From contig JASVEC010000010.1 of assembly GCA_030770535.1 (NCBI GenBank), positions 496,001 to 560,000 on the forward strand: a stretch of 64,000 bases of DNA. Reading direction: 5' to 3'. Shown one piece after another: positions 39,503 through 52,147 of the stretch. The DNA comes from Batkoa obscura (lineage: Eukaryota). How positions within the stretch are numbered: the stretch's first letter is position 1; every line of letters begins with the position of its first letter. A program made the translations under genes and the position numbers. The notes under the pieces are model-generated. The model was given only the letters and a program-made list of their open reading frames with translations. It searched no databases and was not told the DNA's origin.

Positions 39503-41134
39503 TGTTGTTTGTAATTTCAATATTGTTTAAATATAAGAGAAATTTAATAAAAATTAGAAAGTTAAAAAAAGATGAAGTAATAAAAATTCACTTTCTTTTT
39601 TTTAACTTGACATTTTGGTGCTTAATTGAAACCAAAATCTTCATAAATATAAAACAGTAAATGGGAAGATTTGGGAGTGATCAAATGAAAATAATATTGG
39701 TACTTGAAGAGCTCAATTACCATTTTAATTGGCTAGATCTTTATCTTAACTGAGTTTATTGGTCAAATATTAAAATGAGCAAAAAGTATTCTTGAATTTT
39801 TTTATTTAGAATGATTAAGGGATGGCCTAATTAAGCCAACTATTTTATTAACATTTAAGATTGGAATTGAAATTTGTGCTAACTTTTTTGGGACATAATA
39901 ATAAATAATTACCACTTTTTATTCATTTTGAAATTGATTAGCTAATAAAGAATTACAAATAAATTATAGTCTAAATAGCCAATATTGTTTAATATTGTTA
40001 TTAAATAAAGTAGATTAAAAATTATAAAAACAAATAATAAATTATAAATTATAAATTATAAGGGTTTAATCTCTTTTTTAATGTTTTAATGTTTTAATGA
40101 TTACTATTATATTACCCTTGTAGCAGCGGTATTTTTACTTAAGAACTACTAAATTTAGTCATTATAATAAAAAATTTAAGTAAAAATCAAGATTTTTATA
40201 TTGAGGTATTTACTTTTTAAATGATATAACATTAATTCCAATTAATTAAATGTTGAATTAAAAAATCAGAATGTTAACAATTTGTTAGTATTAAATTTAA
40301 TTTAATATATAAAAATTGTAATTATTAATAAGTAATAATCTAAATAGCGAGATACAATATTAGATGCAGTATTAAAAAATAATAACTCGCAATTTAAAGA
40401 ACTACATAAAATGAGAAAGAGATTGTTTATGTTTTTTTAAAAACAAATAGATCATTAGTATTCATTATTTACCCCCAATTACTATTTATAACAATAAAAT
40501 GACACAGTATTTTTCATAGCTCTGAGTATTGACAAAACCAGTATATAATGTTATTTTTTAATATACAAAATCAATATTTTAACAGAAGATTGAAATTTAC
40601 GAATTACTTTAAATGTTGATTCATTATATTTAGTAATTATTTTACTATTTTTAATACTATCATGAAAACATATCATATTCATTATAAAATTTTCATAAGC
40701 TTTTAAAAAGCCTAGAATTGTGGAAATAGAATAATTTTAAATTCTATAATTTCATAAGCTAATAAGTTCGGATTATTAATATCAAAACTACTGCGACTTA
40801 ATACTATTTATAATATTTAATATTCGGTTAATTATCGCTTTTATTTACTCAATTTTTTTAAAAGTATAAATGAATGATCTAAGTGTATATTAGTTGATTT
40901 TGGTAATTGGGTAATCGTTATTCCCTTTAGAAAAAAAATAAAATGTAAATATATTTTTAGTACTTAATATTATTTATCAGGGTTGAAGTTTTAATAGGGA
41001 ACAGTATTAATTGATAATGAATAAAAGTTAATTGTTATTGGTTTATTGATAGTTGAAATTCATAGAATTAAATGAGTAGTAGGTTTTTTAGATAACAATA
41101 AGCAATAACAAAATGAATATAATTTTCGTTATAT

Positions 41135-41227
41135 AGAGGTGTATTTTTTAAGAATCTTACTAATAATCTTTCTGCTCAAATAGTGCTCAAAAAATGGAAA
41201 AAGTAATGAGACTAAAAAAACATCCCC
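41135..41227. mobile_element. MITE family A copy 10
   Basis: Consensus body; flanks ATAT/ATGT. Confidence 0.8.
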
Positions 41228-41626
41228 ATGTATTAAATTTTTTAATATAATAATCATTTATTTTCTAAATATTTATTAAAATAAATCAAACTTTCAAAAA
41301 TCTATTAGAGGCTCTCTTCAAGATAATATCTTTTTACTTTTAAATTTATAGTTGTTAAAATAACATTAAAACACTAAATATATATAGCTCAATTTTTATT
41401 TTATTTTTTCAAACTTTTGTATTTTAGATTTTAATTGCTATAATTGAAATTAATCCAAAATTCAAGCATCAAAAAACCTACTATATGAGTAATATAGTTT
41501 AAAATTTTACATCTTATAAGATTTTAAACAAAATAAAATAACTTACTTAATATACAATTTAGAATACTTAAATATACCAAAAGTTTAATGTGTTCGAAAA
41601 GTGTAAAACTGAAGATTTTTAATATA

Positions 41627-41721
41627 AGAAGAGGCTATTTTCAATTTCATTATTTTTTCTAGTTTTTAAACACCCTCAAGGGGAAAGGTAATAGGAAATC
41701 TCATAGAAAAAAAACACCCTT
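41627..41721. mobile_element. MITE family A copy 11 (degenerate)
   Basis: TTTCATTATTTTT..GGAAAG..AAAACACCC similarity to the consensus. Confidence 0.5.
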
Positions 41722-41727
41722 ATGTAT

Positions 41728-41822
41728 GGAGATCCATTTTTGTGTTTGAGGATTTTACTAACAAAATTTTCACTCAAGTAGCATTTAAAAGATGAAAAAA
41801 ACGATGAAGCCAAAAAAAGCTC
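41728..41822. mobile_element. MITE family A copy 12
   Basis: Consensus body; right flank ATAT. Confidence 0.75.
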
Positions 41823-42189
41823 ATATTTAAAAAAGATTTAAAATTTTAATACTGTTTAAATAAATGGTATTAAAAGGGGTTTTATAATATTGATATAGTA
41901 TCTCAACTATATAAAGCTTGATATTTAAAATAATTTATATAAAACTAATAAAAAAAGTAAAGAATTATATATTTTTTAGTTGAAAATTAGTTAATATCAA
42001 AAACGAAATTTAAATGTATATGCTTTATTTAGCTATTAATAGTTCTATTATAATCATAGGTATCAAAATAAATTATAAAACCATCACTAGATTTGTTGTG
42101 AAAATCTATATTAATGTAATGGTTTTGATTTCAAGTAACTTTAAGTGGAAGATTTAAAACTATATAATTGAAAAGTAGAAAACATTAAG

Positions 42190-43270
42190 CTTGAAATATA
42201 AAATTTTAGGCAAAGCATGTATTTGTATATACAGTTTTTAGAAAAAGTTTGGAAAAAAGTGGAAAAATTTTACTTGGGAAAAATAAGAAGGAAAATGATT
42301 ACTACTATTTGTTTTTTTAGTGGCATCAGGTCTTTAAAGATGCAAAAGACCTGGGCTTTTAATGTTATTAAATCTAATATCCGTTAAGATAAGAAATTTT
42401 GCTACACTAAATTAGAAACATTTATTCTGGGCAGATATCCTTAATTAAAATTCTCACATTAATAATAAAATTTCTAAATTTAGAAAACTAAATTAACATT
42501 GCAAATCAATTTATGCGATTTCTCATAAAATAAAATTAGTTACTTAAAATGTCAACTATTTACAACTAATTTATAATTTTATTAAACAGTCAAAAACCTC
42601 CTTGGGATTATATACTTAAATATAGTATTATTTGAAACAAAAGCTTATTTTATTATAGAAACGACAGAGTTTTAGGGACCATTATATAAAATAATTTTAA
42701 TAAAATATCACTGTTTTTAATTTTATTTTTTAACCCTCAAAGTCTTGAAAACCTAAGTGTTTTATTTGATTAATATCTTATGGTTTGATTATTTTAGCTA
42801 CTTTTAATCAAAAAAATTACTGTAATGCTTTTAATAATATCGACATAAAAATACTTATTCTACTACAGTAATATCACAAAATCTCCATTTCAATTAATCG
42901 GGTTGAAATTTCACTTTTATTTTTAACAGGAATTTAATTAAGACCGACTATTCTGAAAACAGTTATATTAATCTATTCTTTAAGCATAAACAGTATTGTA
43001 AGTAAAGCCAACAAAGTAAGATCCTAAGCTGAATCCAGAATAATTTTAGAATTTTTAATTAGAATCCGAACTTAAAGCAGACGCTTAACATAACTCCGAT
43101 TATATTTTGAATTACAATTTGAAAAATATATACAAAATATCCTTTCAAGTATTAAAGTTTAAACAATAGAGTATTAAACTTCTGAGCAATTCCAACAACA
43201 TAGACTTTTAGTCAAAGACAACTCAGACTACTTTGAACAAGTATCAATCTATTCATAAGTTGCTATCATA
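42190..43270 (+). repeat. Diverged inverted paralog of the SDR copy A upstream region (~29715-30820)
   Basis: Colinear shared words such as TTCAATTAATCGG, AACATAACTCCGA and GAACAAGTA. Clearest for 42745-43270. Confidence 0.7.
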
Positions 43271-43499
43271 AGAGATTCTAGCTTAATCTTAGCATTTTTG
43301 CCCTTATTTAGAAATTATGAAATATTATGTTATAATTCATTATTAGAGTTGTAAAAATAGTAGTTGAGAGTTAAGTTATAAGTATAGGTTGGAATTGGGT
43401 AACTAAAAATGCATCTTATAGTATTAACTGAATATAACTAATATCAAATAAAATGGATTATGAGATTAGAGCTCTAAATTTAAAATGACTGTTATGTAT

Positions 43500-43575
43500 G
43501 GGGATGTTTTTTGGTTTCATTACCTTTTCTATTTTTAAGCACTATTTCAGCAGAAAGGTTATCAGTAGAATAAAA
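43500..43575. mobile_element. MITE family A copy 13 (truncated)
   Basis: One end and two-thirds of the body; abuts copy 14. Confidence 0.75.
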
Positions 43576-43583
43576 ATATATAT

Positions 43584-43682
43584 GGGAGTGTCTTTTTTGA
43601 CTTCATTATTTTTTCCATTTTTTAAGTGCTATTTAAGTGGAAATTTTGTTAATAAGATTCTTAAATACAAAAATACATCCCC
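43584..43682. mobile_element. MITE family A copy 14
   Basis: GGGA..CCCC ends, ATAT duplicated. Confidence 0.88.
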
Positions 43683-43694
43683 ATATCTTCATAT

Positions 43695-44810
43695 GTGGAA
43701 ATGTCCAAACTAGTTTCATTTTTTCATCCAATTTTTGAAAATTTTATATCTTAAAACTTTGCTTAAAATTCTGTAAAAATAAATTCTTTATTAATAAGTA
43801 AAAGTACTTAACACAGTTTTAAATTATTTTGTTGATTTATTATAATTTATAACATAAGTTGGTGGAATTTCTATTAAATTTAATAGAAACTACTGGGTTA
43901 TCAAGGATTTTGATAATATAAGCTATATATTGATACTAATCAAAGTTGTAATATGTAAATAAATACATATTTCCATAAAAACTTCATTGAGAAATATTTA
44001 CTATTGGCTGCTTTATAGCTAACATTGCAGATTTGTTATTAAATAAACAAACTGTCTTAATTTCATAGTTACATTATTAATATATCATTAAGTTAATAAA
44101 TGCTTGTATAAAAAGAAGTGGTTAGCCTTGAAACTATAATTAACCATCTTTATGTAATACAATCAATATAATAATAGTTCCCATCTATTATTATAACTAC
44201 TTGCTTAATAAATTTTTAATTCTTAAATTTCCTGTTATTTTTATAAAATAAACTGGGGTTTATCTTACAATTTCTTCATTTTTTATAAACTTTATAACTT
44301 TAGTCGTAATTATATCTTTTTTTTTTAATCTGTCAGATACTGAATAAATGTGAAATATCGCTTTGTCAGCACCATGATTGATTATAAAATAATCACTTAA
44401 GTTGTTATGTTTTCGAGCTTAGAGACAATCAATCCCATACTCTTACTTTGATTTGCTATGAGAATTTTTAACTTCGTCCCGAAAAATACTATTCTCTCGT
44501 TTGATATTCGTACTTGTCGGAGTATAAGAGAGATTCTTCAACACAAAAACCCGAGGCTTTTTAACTGAATCGTTTCTTTATATCATACCTTTAATAAAGC
44601 CATTTGATTTTTCTGATAACATTTTATGTAGATTTCACAGCAGTATTGTCTATTCTATTTGCCTTACATAGTCTATAGCATATTACGTAGCATTCTTCAT
44701 AACCCAAGTTTATCTTATTCACATAAACTAAGACCTTTCGGCTTACAGCATAGTCAACCAAGCAATAACTACTTTCGATTCCAATCACTGAGTACCAGAT
44801 TTCACAGTGT
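43695..44810. mobile_element. Long non-autonomous element, copy 2 (carries an internally deleted TIR element at ~44144-44377)
   Basis: Colinear with 2161-4000 and retains TGTGAAATATCGCTTTGTCAG. Confidence 0.7.
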
Positions 44811-45243
44811 GCTTCTACCTATTGTATTAAATTTTAAAAAAAAATTCATCTCGAAGTTTTTTTATAGAAGGCTATATTCTGTTTTTATTTCAATAAAAAA
44901 TAAAATAACTACACGTTTATATATTATATATTTATTAAATATTTAATAAAAATAAAATAATTAAAACAAGTTTTTTTAAGTTAAATTTTTATACTTAATT
45001 TTAAGCCTTTTAAGTTTAACTAATCATGCATTAAGGACTTACAAATTTGAAAACTCAATTTGGATTAATTTTTAATTAAGTTCTGAAACTAAGACATCAC
45101 CATATATTAAATCCTTCTAAATAAAGTCAAAGTATACTAAAATCAATTTATAAGACCTTTTAAAATGATGATATCAATATAAACCATCAAGTATAAATAC
45201 CTCAATGTTAACCAAGTAATAATAATAAAAATCAAAAATCAAA

Positions 45244-45981
45244 ATGAGTTTAAATAACAAAGTAGCTTTCATCACTGGTTCTAGTAAGAATATGGGTCGT
45301 TCCTTTGCTGAGCATTTAGCCAAAGAGGGTGCCAAATTGGTTGTTCATTACCATAGTGACAATTCTCGTGCAGCAGCTGAAGAGGTAGCAGCACTCTCTA
45401 GTGACTCTTTAATCGTCCAAGGTGACCTCACTAAAGTCAATGTAATCAAAGATATCTTTCAAAAGATCACTGCTAAATATGGAGGTGTAGATATCGTCAT
45501 CAACAACGCTGGAGAAGTCTTAAAGAAACCATTTATTGATATTTCTGAAGAAGAGTATGACCGAGTCTTTGGTATCAATTCTAAAGCAGCCTTTTTTGTT
45601 ATGCAAGAAGCTGCTAGATGCATCAATGATAATGGACGTATTATTAACATGGGCACTTCATTATTGGCTGTTACCACCCCATTCTATTCAGCTTATGCAG
45701 GCTCTAAATCTGCCTTAGAACATTTTACTAGAGCCTTGGCAAAGGAATTAGGTCACAGAGGTGTTACTGTTAATACCGTAGCCCCAGGTCCTATTGATAC
45801 TAGTTTTTTCCATGGACAGGAGTCAAAAGAATCAGTTGAAATGTTTACAAATATGACACCAGCTAAAAGACTAGGACTTGTAGAAGATGTATTACCAGTA
45901 GTTGAGTTTTTAGTTTCTGATAAGGCTAAATGGGTCAATGCTCAAACTATTTTTGTTAATGGTGCTCTCATTACTCGCTAG
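45244..45981 (+). CDS. Classical short-chain dehydrogenase/reductase, copy B (same protein as copy A)
   Basis: Same 245-aa translation as 28902-29639. Confidence 0.95.
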   Translation: MSLNNKVAFITGSSKNMGRSFAEHLAKEGAKLVVHYHSDNSRAAAEEVAALSSDSLIVQGDLTKVNVIKDIFQKITAKYGGVDIVINNAGEVLKKPFIDISEEEYDRVFGINSKAAFFVMQEAARCINDNGRIINMGTSLLAVTTPFYSAYAGSKSALEHFTRALAKELGHRGVTVNTVAPGPIDTSFFHGQESKESVEMFTNMTPAKRLGLVEDVLPVVEFLVSDKAKWVNAQTIFVNGALITR

Positions 45982-46271
45982 GATTGATTGAAAAATAAAC
46001 CATTTATTATATTGATTTTGAGAGTTATTTTTAATTTAATATAACTTGAAATAATAGATTTTGAAAATTCAAGCTTACTCTTAATAAGATTAATAAATAC
46101 ATGTAATTTTGATGTACCTAAAAAAACAGACAATAGGTTTGAAAGTGTAAACTATTCTGAGGACGTGAAGCGTTTGGCTATTTACAAACGAGTATAAAAA
46201 TTCTACTATCTACCCAAATGTTTCGCGTCCTTATGCTAGTTCATGCTATCAAATTTATGTTATCAGTATGT

Positions 46272-46368
46272 GAGAATGTATTTTCATATCTAAGAATTTT
46301 ACTAACAATTTTCCCACCTAAATAGCGCTTAAAGGATGGAAAAAGTGATGAAGTCGAGAAATACCCCC
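46272..46368. mobile_element. MITE family A copy 15
   Basis: Consensus body; flanks ATGT/ATAT. Confidence 0.8.
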
Positions 46369-46728
46369 ATATATAAGTTGGGTTTAAATTAAAGCATTTT
46401 TGACCTACTACAACTATATAATATTACGTATTAGTATATAAAATTATAGTAGGGACTTAATCGAAGAACCATTTTTGTAAATAAAAAAATTCTATAGAAC
46501 TAAGATCAACTTCAACCTTTTGATTAAAAATTATAGTTAATAGTTTTAGATTTGATGCTTCAGAAGAGAACATGATTAGAGAGATACTGATGATCCAACA
46601 CATAAAAATAAAGCTGATTTGCTCTAAAGTTATAAAGGATTGAAAAAAGCGATAATGCTTATTATATAAAAAGGTGTAATACCATATTGTTATGGAAATA
46701 AAAAACAGATGAGGCATAGTTATAATAC

Positions 46729-47870
46729 ATGGCTATTACATTAAATGGTTGGATTTTAGAGAAGATTTAAATGCACTAATTTATCTACCACTTTATCCGA
46801 ATTCTAAGAAGCTTTGTTGTGTATTAGGATGTTATTTATAAAAAGTAAAGCACTTTAAATGCTTTCCGTTAGTAGGACTTTGTTATAAATCTGGTGTAGG
46901 GAGCATAACGGTTTCAAACTTTGTCTCTAAATACAAGGTTGACATTAAAAATATTACAGTGTTTGAAGTACTTGTAAATCAGTCGTATAGATATTTATTT
47001 CAAAAGATCCATCATACCACTACTACCAGTAAATATAACTTCATTGACTGTTTGGAATGGGAATAATAACGATAATAGAGCCATTTGTTTCGAAAAATTA
47101 TTAAACAGGTTTATTAATTTAAACATTCAAAAGCTAATCATACTAAACTCACTACTGAAAAGTTAAACATTGTATTAAATAAACCCTTTTCGCAATTAAA
47201 ACGATTTCATATGAAATTTGTGTATGCTATACAATTAAAACAAATAAATATCAATTTAAGTAAATATCCAAAACTCAAGCAGTTTTATTTTACACAATCT
47301 ATTGGAATATCGCTTAATGGAGTAATCAATTTAAAGGAACTGAGGTTAGAAGATATTTGTTTATTATACATGTCTATAAATAACTAAATATTCATAAAAT
47401 TAAATTAACTAACTTTAGATTGCAAGAAAGCTGGACTAGAATATTTATATATCATCTTTAACATATCATCAATGATTTATTTACATTTATACATGATCAA
47501 TGGCCTATTACTTTTATTGAATGAAATTTACTCAAATATTACCAACAATATAATTACATAATTTCATGGTTTATCATTGGGAGATCCCTTGATTTTTTAT
47601 ACAATTCAAGTTCTAGTTTGCATAATTTTAAATTAATCTGGTGTCAATTTCAATCTGTACTGTCATTTTTGAATAGCAAAAAAGAGTTGACAAACAGACA
47701 TAGTTTAGCTACTGTGTTAGTTGATAGATACCCTATTAATCATTTAGACGGTTTTATTAATTATAGTTTAGCTCATCTTAAATGTTTGAAATTAATTCGG
47801 ATTTTAAGTTATAATCATATATCAAAATGCTACATAGATGACACTAGGTTTTGTTTTATACAAGAATAAA
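46729..47870 (+). pseudogene. F-box/LRR-like pseudogene
   Basis: MAITLNGWILEKI* start, then LRR-like fragments FSQLKRFHM, YPKLKQFYF, NLKELRL and LAHLKCLKL, broken by stops and frameshifts. Confidence 0.5.
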
Positions 47871-49937
47871 GTAGCATTACTTTAATATTAATTATACTTG
47901 ATTTTCTTCAAGAGTCTATAGCTTCATATATTGTTATAATTTATCCTCACAGGAAAATTTTATGGCAACTGGAGGTATGACTTCTTCGCCAACAGACAGG
48001 TATAATTGGAACTCAGCCTGTTGAATTCTTTCTCAGTCAAAAAAACTTCTCACCATTTGATATTTCTCTTTCTCTCTGGGTATCAAATTGTTTTCTGACG
48101 CTAAGGTCCTAGATTATCGAAGTTGATAGAAATATTGAATACAGAGTAGAGAAAACAATCGCTATTGCTAAATATAGTGATCTTCTATTTTATAGCAACT
48201 ATTATATTGAAGGCACAAGACTAGGTTGTCTAAAATCAAACAGTTAGGACTAAAGTTGTCTTTGGCTTTATGAAAAGCTTCGCTTGGAGGGTTTTATTTT
48301 CTGGTTCCCTGAAAGTACCCTCAAAGGATCCTGGTTCTTGGATTTTAGACTTTGATTTTATTAGCACTTACTTATCCAATAGATTAGATATTTACGTTCT
48401 GTCTTTCCTTATCTGTGGTCTGGACCTTACGCCAGGCTTTCCATAATATTATCTTCATGACTACTGCTTCATATCTATTTTTACTACTGACAATTCTCAA
48501 ATGAAAGTCTCTAGTTGAATATGAGTATACTGATGCTTTTACTTTAGCCTTCAACACGTATATCGGTCAGAAACGATTGGCAAGCCTGAAGGTACCTACA
48601 AGGATCCCAAAAAAATTTACCTTCATAAAGCTATTTTAAACAAAATTCTTATTTTTATAGGAATGAATCCATTATCAGATCCTCTAGATCTGGTATGTTT
48701 AAAAAAAAAATTTACTCTTAAAAATTTTAAGCTTTTTTATAACCAAAAGTTAAATTACTACTATTAGTATGTAGCATAGCTATCATTATTTGTACTATCA
48801 ATTTGTGCTATTATAAATTAATATTCTGTATAGTTATTTAGTTTTAAAAGATAACAATTCTTATAAAATCTCTAAATATTTTATGTAAATACTATCAATT
48901 AAACATATACAAGCTAAAATACTTGGAACTTAATTTAATCAAGATTTAAGCACAAAACTTATATGGGATTAAATAAGTAAACTTGTTTAAAGTATTTAGG
49001 AATTTAATTTTACTTTTTTTAATTTATTTAAGCAATATTTATTTTTTAATATTCTAATATATAAACTACAAACTTAATGAAAAACGTAGCATACTTGTTA
49101 TTTGATAATAAATTTTTTATCAGAACTAGCAAAACCGTAAAATTTATTTTGACTTTATATTTGACTCTTTATTGATCTAAGATATTCCCTTATTTAGAAA
49201 TTTCAATTATGTTTTTGGCTAAATTTTACAAATAACAAGTACAAAGCTATTTAATAATATAATTAAGCTTGACTCCATTTAATATATGAAAAGAATAATG
49301 CTTGAAACAGCTTTCTTTTTTAATGATGCTATTTAGGAATTTTAAAATTATAGGCTGTCACATCCTATCCAGATTGCAAAAGTAGGAAAAAACCATGGAG
49401 TGTAGTTATTGATATCATTCACTTGGTATTATTTATAATAGGTAATAGCATTTCATCAATTGGTTTTGAGATTATTTATAAAATTTGGAATTAGGCTCGT
49501 TCTATTACCAATGAACAATCATCAAATAATTATTAAAATGGGTAATAGAAAAAACATTTTTCTTCTTAAGTATATTATTATGATAGCCTTTTTTATCGAT
49601 TTGTTCTGTTATTTTTTTACATACTTTAATTCTGAGAAAACGATACAAAGGATATCTTAAACCCAATATTTTTCCCAAACATACACTAAGGTATATAAGA
49701 TATAGAGATATGTAATTACATATTAGTCGGATTAGTACATAAAAATAAAGAAATGATGTATATTTTCGGAAATATAAAACTAGGGGAAGATTATTCTTTA
49801 AAAAAACAATTACTTTTTATGTACTTAGAAATAAATTTAAATACATATCAATTGATCAGCTGATAATTTTTAGCTCAAATCAATATAAGAGTCCTAAAAG
49901 TATTTTAGAATGTGTTTAGTCTATTATTGTTATTAAA

Positions 49938-50948
49938 ATGTTAATTGATGGTCAAATAAGTATGCTAATCCTATCGTTGATAGGATTGGTACTGAATTTA
50001 ATTGTAGGTATTATTGTAAGTTTAGGACTGAAGCTTGCCAACAGTGATTTAATCATGATATTTATTATTTCAGCCACTGATATTGTGTTTTATCTTTGGA
50101 ATATATTGCGTATAATTTTATCTGAAGCTGGTGCAATCATCATAAAGTATGATCCTCTTGAGTTGAAAAATGATGTTTGGTGCCCTATTGATTTAACTTT
50201 GTCTATGGCTTTAATTGGAGCATCGGTTGAGCTAGTAGCTATTTTAAGTATAATGAGGTACTTTAAAGTATGTCATCAAAAGGAATTTAGAGGATGGATC
50301 TGGTATTTCTTATCTGCCATTTCTATTATAGTTTCAGCTGCTATTTCCTTAGGAAACTATCACTACCATACTTATCGCTGGTCTCGCACAAACATGTTTT
50401 GTTTAACAGTAATCAATGAAGCTGGGACAGGGCCTGATAACCGATCATATTATATGTTTTTCTATTTTACTTATGTAGTTCGTAATATGTTATCTCTGAT
50501 AACTATTGTATTTTGTTACTTCAAAGTTACTTATGTTTATCGTGAAGCAGTTAAACCTACTACTACTATCAATATTCCCGCATCGTCAGTATTTAAATTG
50601 AATGAGTTTCCAGGTGAACATACTAAATTAAATGATGATTCTACTCAAAATCAAAAACTAATATTAAATCGATTTACCGATCCCGATAATCAATATAAAA
50701 TACAACGTACGTTCACTACAATTAAATTAACTGTCTTTGCATCAAGTTATTTCATTTGTTTATTGCCAGATGTTATATATTCTATTCTTAATTTGGCTTA
50801 TGATGTTAGTCCTACCCCACTAGGTGCTGTTGTTTCAAATTCTTTATTATGCTGTTCTGGAATTGTTTCTGCCCTTTTCGTTTTACTTACTAACACACAT
50901 GCTCAACAATATCTGAACAGAACAATCAAAGATATAATTCCTCGATAA
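49938..50948 (+). CDS. Rhodopsin-like (family A-type) 7TM receptor, intronless
   Basis: Seven hydrophobic helices; GLVLN in TM1, D in TM2, WC before TM3, SIMRY (DRY-like), Cys in ECL2, FCY in TM5 and CLLP in TM6. Confidence 0.85.
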   Translation: MLIDGQISMLILSLIGLVLNLIVGIIVSLGLKLANSDLIMIFIISATDIVFYLWNILRIILSEAGAIIIKYDPLELKNDVWCPIDLTLSMALIGASVELVAILSIMRYFKVCHQKEFRGWIWYFLSAISIIVSAAISLGNYHYHTYRWSRTNMFCLTVINEAGTGPDNRSYYMFFYFTYVVRNMLSLITIVFCYFKVTYVYREAVKPTTTINIPASSVFKLNEFPGEHTKLNDDSTQNQKLILNRFTDPDNQYKIQRTFTTIKLTVFASSYFICLLPDVIYSILNLAYDVSPTPLGAVVSNSLLCCSGIVSALFVLLTNTHAQQYLNRTIKDIIPR

Positions 50949-51622
50949 AAGTGAAATTCAAAATGTATTAGCCTTTTCTAAACAAATATATAAATAATAA
51001 AATAGTTATTAATTGTCACTTAATTTATTTGATATAAATCCAAACAATTGATAACTTTGATCTGATCTTAATAAAAGAATTAAACTTTATGACACATTAA
51101 TATTCACTTGAGGTACAATTATAAAATAAGATTATGTTAGTATAGTTAAATGAATCGCCATGCTATTTATATTGTGTATGATAAATACTAAAGCTTCATA
51201 ACTATAGTTTTGAAAATAAAGCTAACTAAAATAAAATAAAATAAAATACTTGCTATTGTATAAGGTCATAACATTAGTTCAAAAAGGTCATATAGTGCTA
51301 AACCAAGCCACTCTCTTTTTAAGAACGACTCACATTGTTGAAAAATACAGCTTGTATATTTTATTTATAGATAAATTTTTAAGTATCTTAAGCTAAAAAT
51401 CAAGTCACATCATTTAAATTAAGAAAATATATTAGTAATAATCATGACTATACTTAATAAATATAAATACAATAATTCCAAATAATAATACAGTGTTTAA
51501 TTATTAAACTACTTGATTTAAAACCTCTATACACGAAACTTCTAATTTATTAAAAAATCGATATGAAAGTTAAATGTTGATACTAAGACAACTTCATTTT
51601 AGTTTGAATAATTAAAAAACGA

Positions 51623-52147
51623 TTAAGGGTTGATTGCTTCAGGAGCACCACTAGGAGATTCGTCCCTAGTATGGCCAAACCACATAAAACCATAACTGCC
51701 TGATTTACCGGCACCAGCCGCTTCCCAACCTTGATTCCATGGACCTTCATTAAATAAAACTTGAGCATGTAATGGTGACCCTTCCCATGAATCAACAAGA
51801 GATTTTGGATCATCAGTAGGACCGTTATAACCACACTCAAACCCAAGATCACTATATCCAGCTATTTCCTTTGGTTTATTCCACATACAATACCCATCAG
51901 ACATACTACATGCATATTCGCCATGCCAGTCATGAGTTAGTGATGCCTTAGCTGCATCTTGATTTTGAGCATGGACTTCAGCTACTTTGGTTAATTTGGA
52001 TGAAAATGGAATTGGTGGTAAGCTTCTAGCTGCTCTTCTTTCATTAAGAATACGAAGCACAGCATGACTAAAGTCTTCGCCATTAGATTGTCCATAAATA
52101 GCAGAAGTCAATAATAAAGTAAGGAAGCTCAAATTAAGAAAGCGCAT
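51623..52147 (-). CDS. Secreted CAP/SCP domain protein, intronless
   Basis: Signal peptide; LNERRAARSLPP, L..VAEVHA and W..SPLHA.VL motifs. Confidence 0.85.
   Translation of the reverse strand: MRFLNLSFLTLLLTSAIYGQSNGEDFSHAVLRILNERRAARSLPPIPFSSKLTKVAEVHAQNQDAAKASLTHDWHGEYACSMSDGYCMWNKPKEIAGYSDLGFECGYNGPTDDPKSLVDSWEGSPLHAQVLFNEGPWNQGWEAAGAGKSGSYGFMWFGHTRDESPSGAPEAINP

Noticed and set aside
47940..48620. Less AT-rich stretch, possibly a retroelement relic
   Set aside because: No diagnostic RT, integrase or zinc-finger motif could be read; needs BLASTx.
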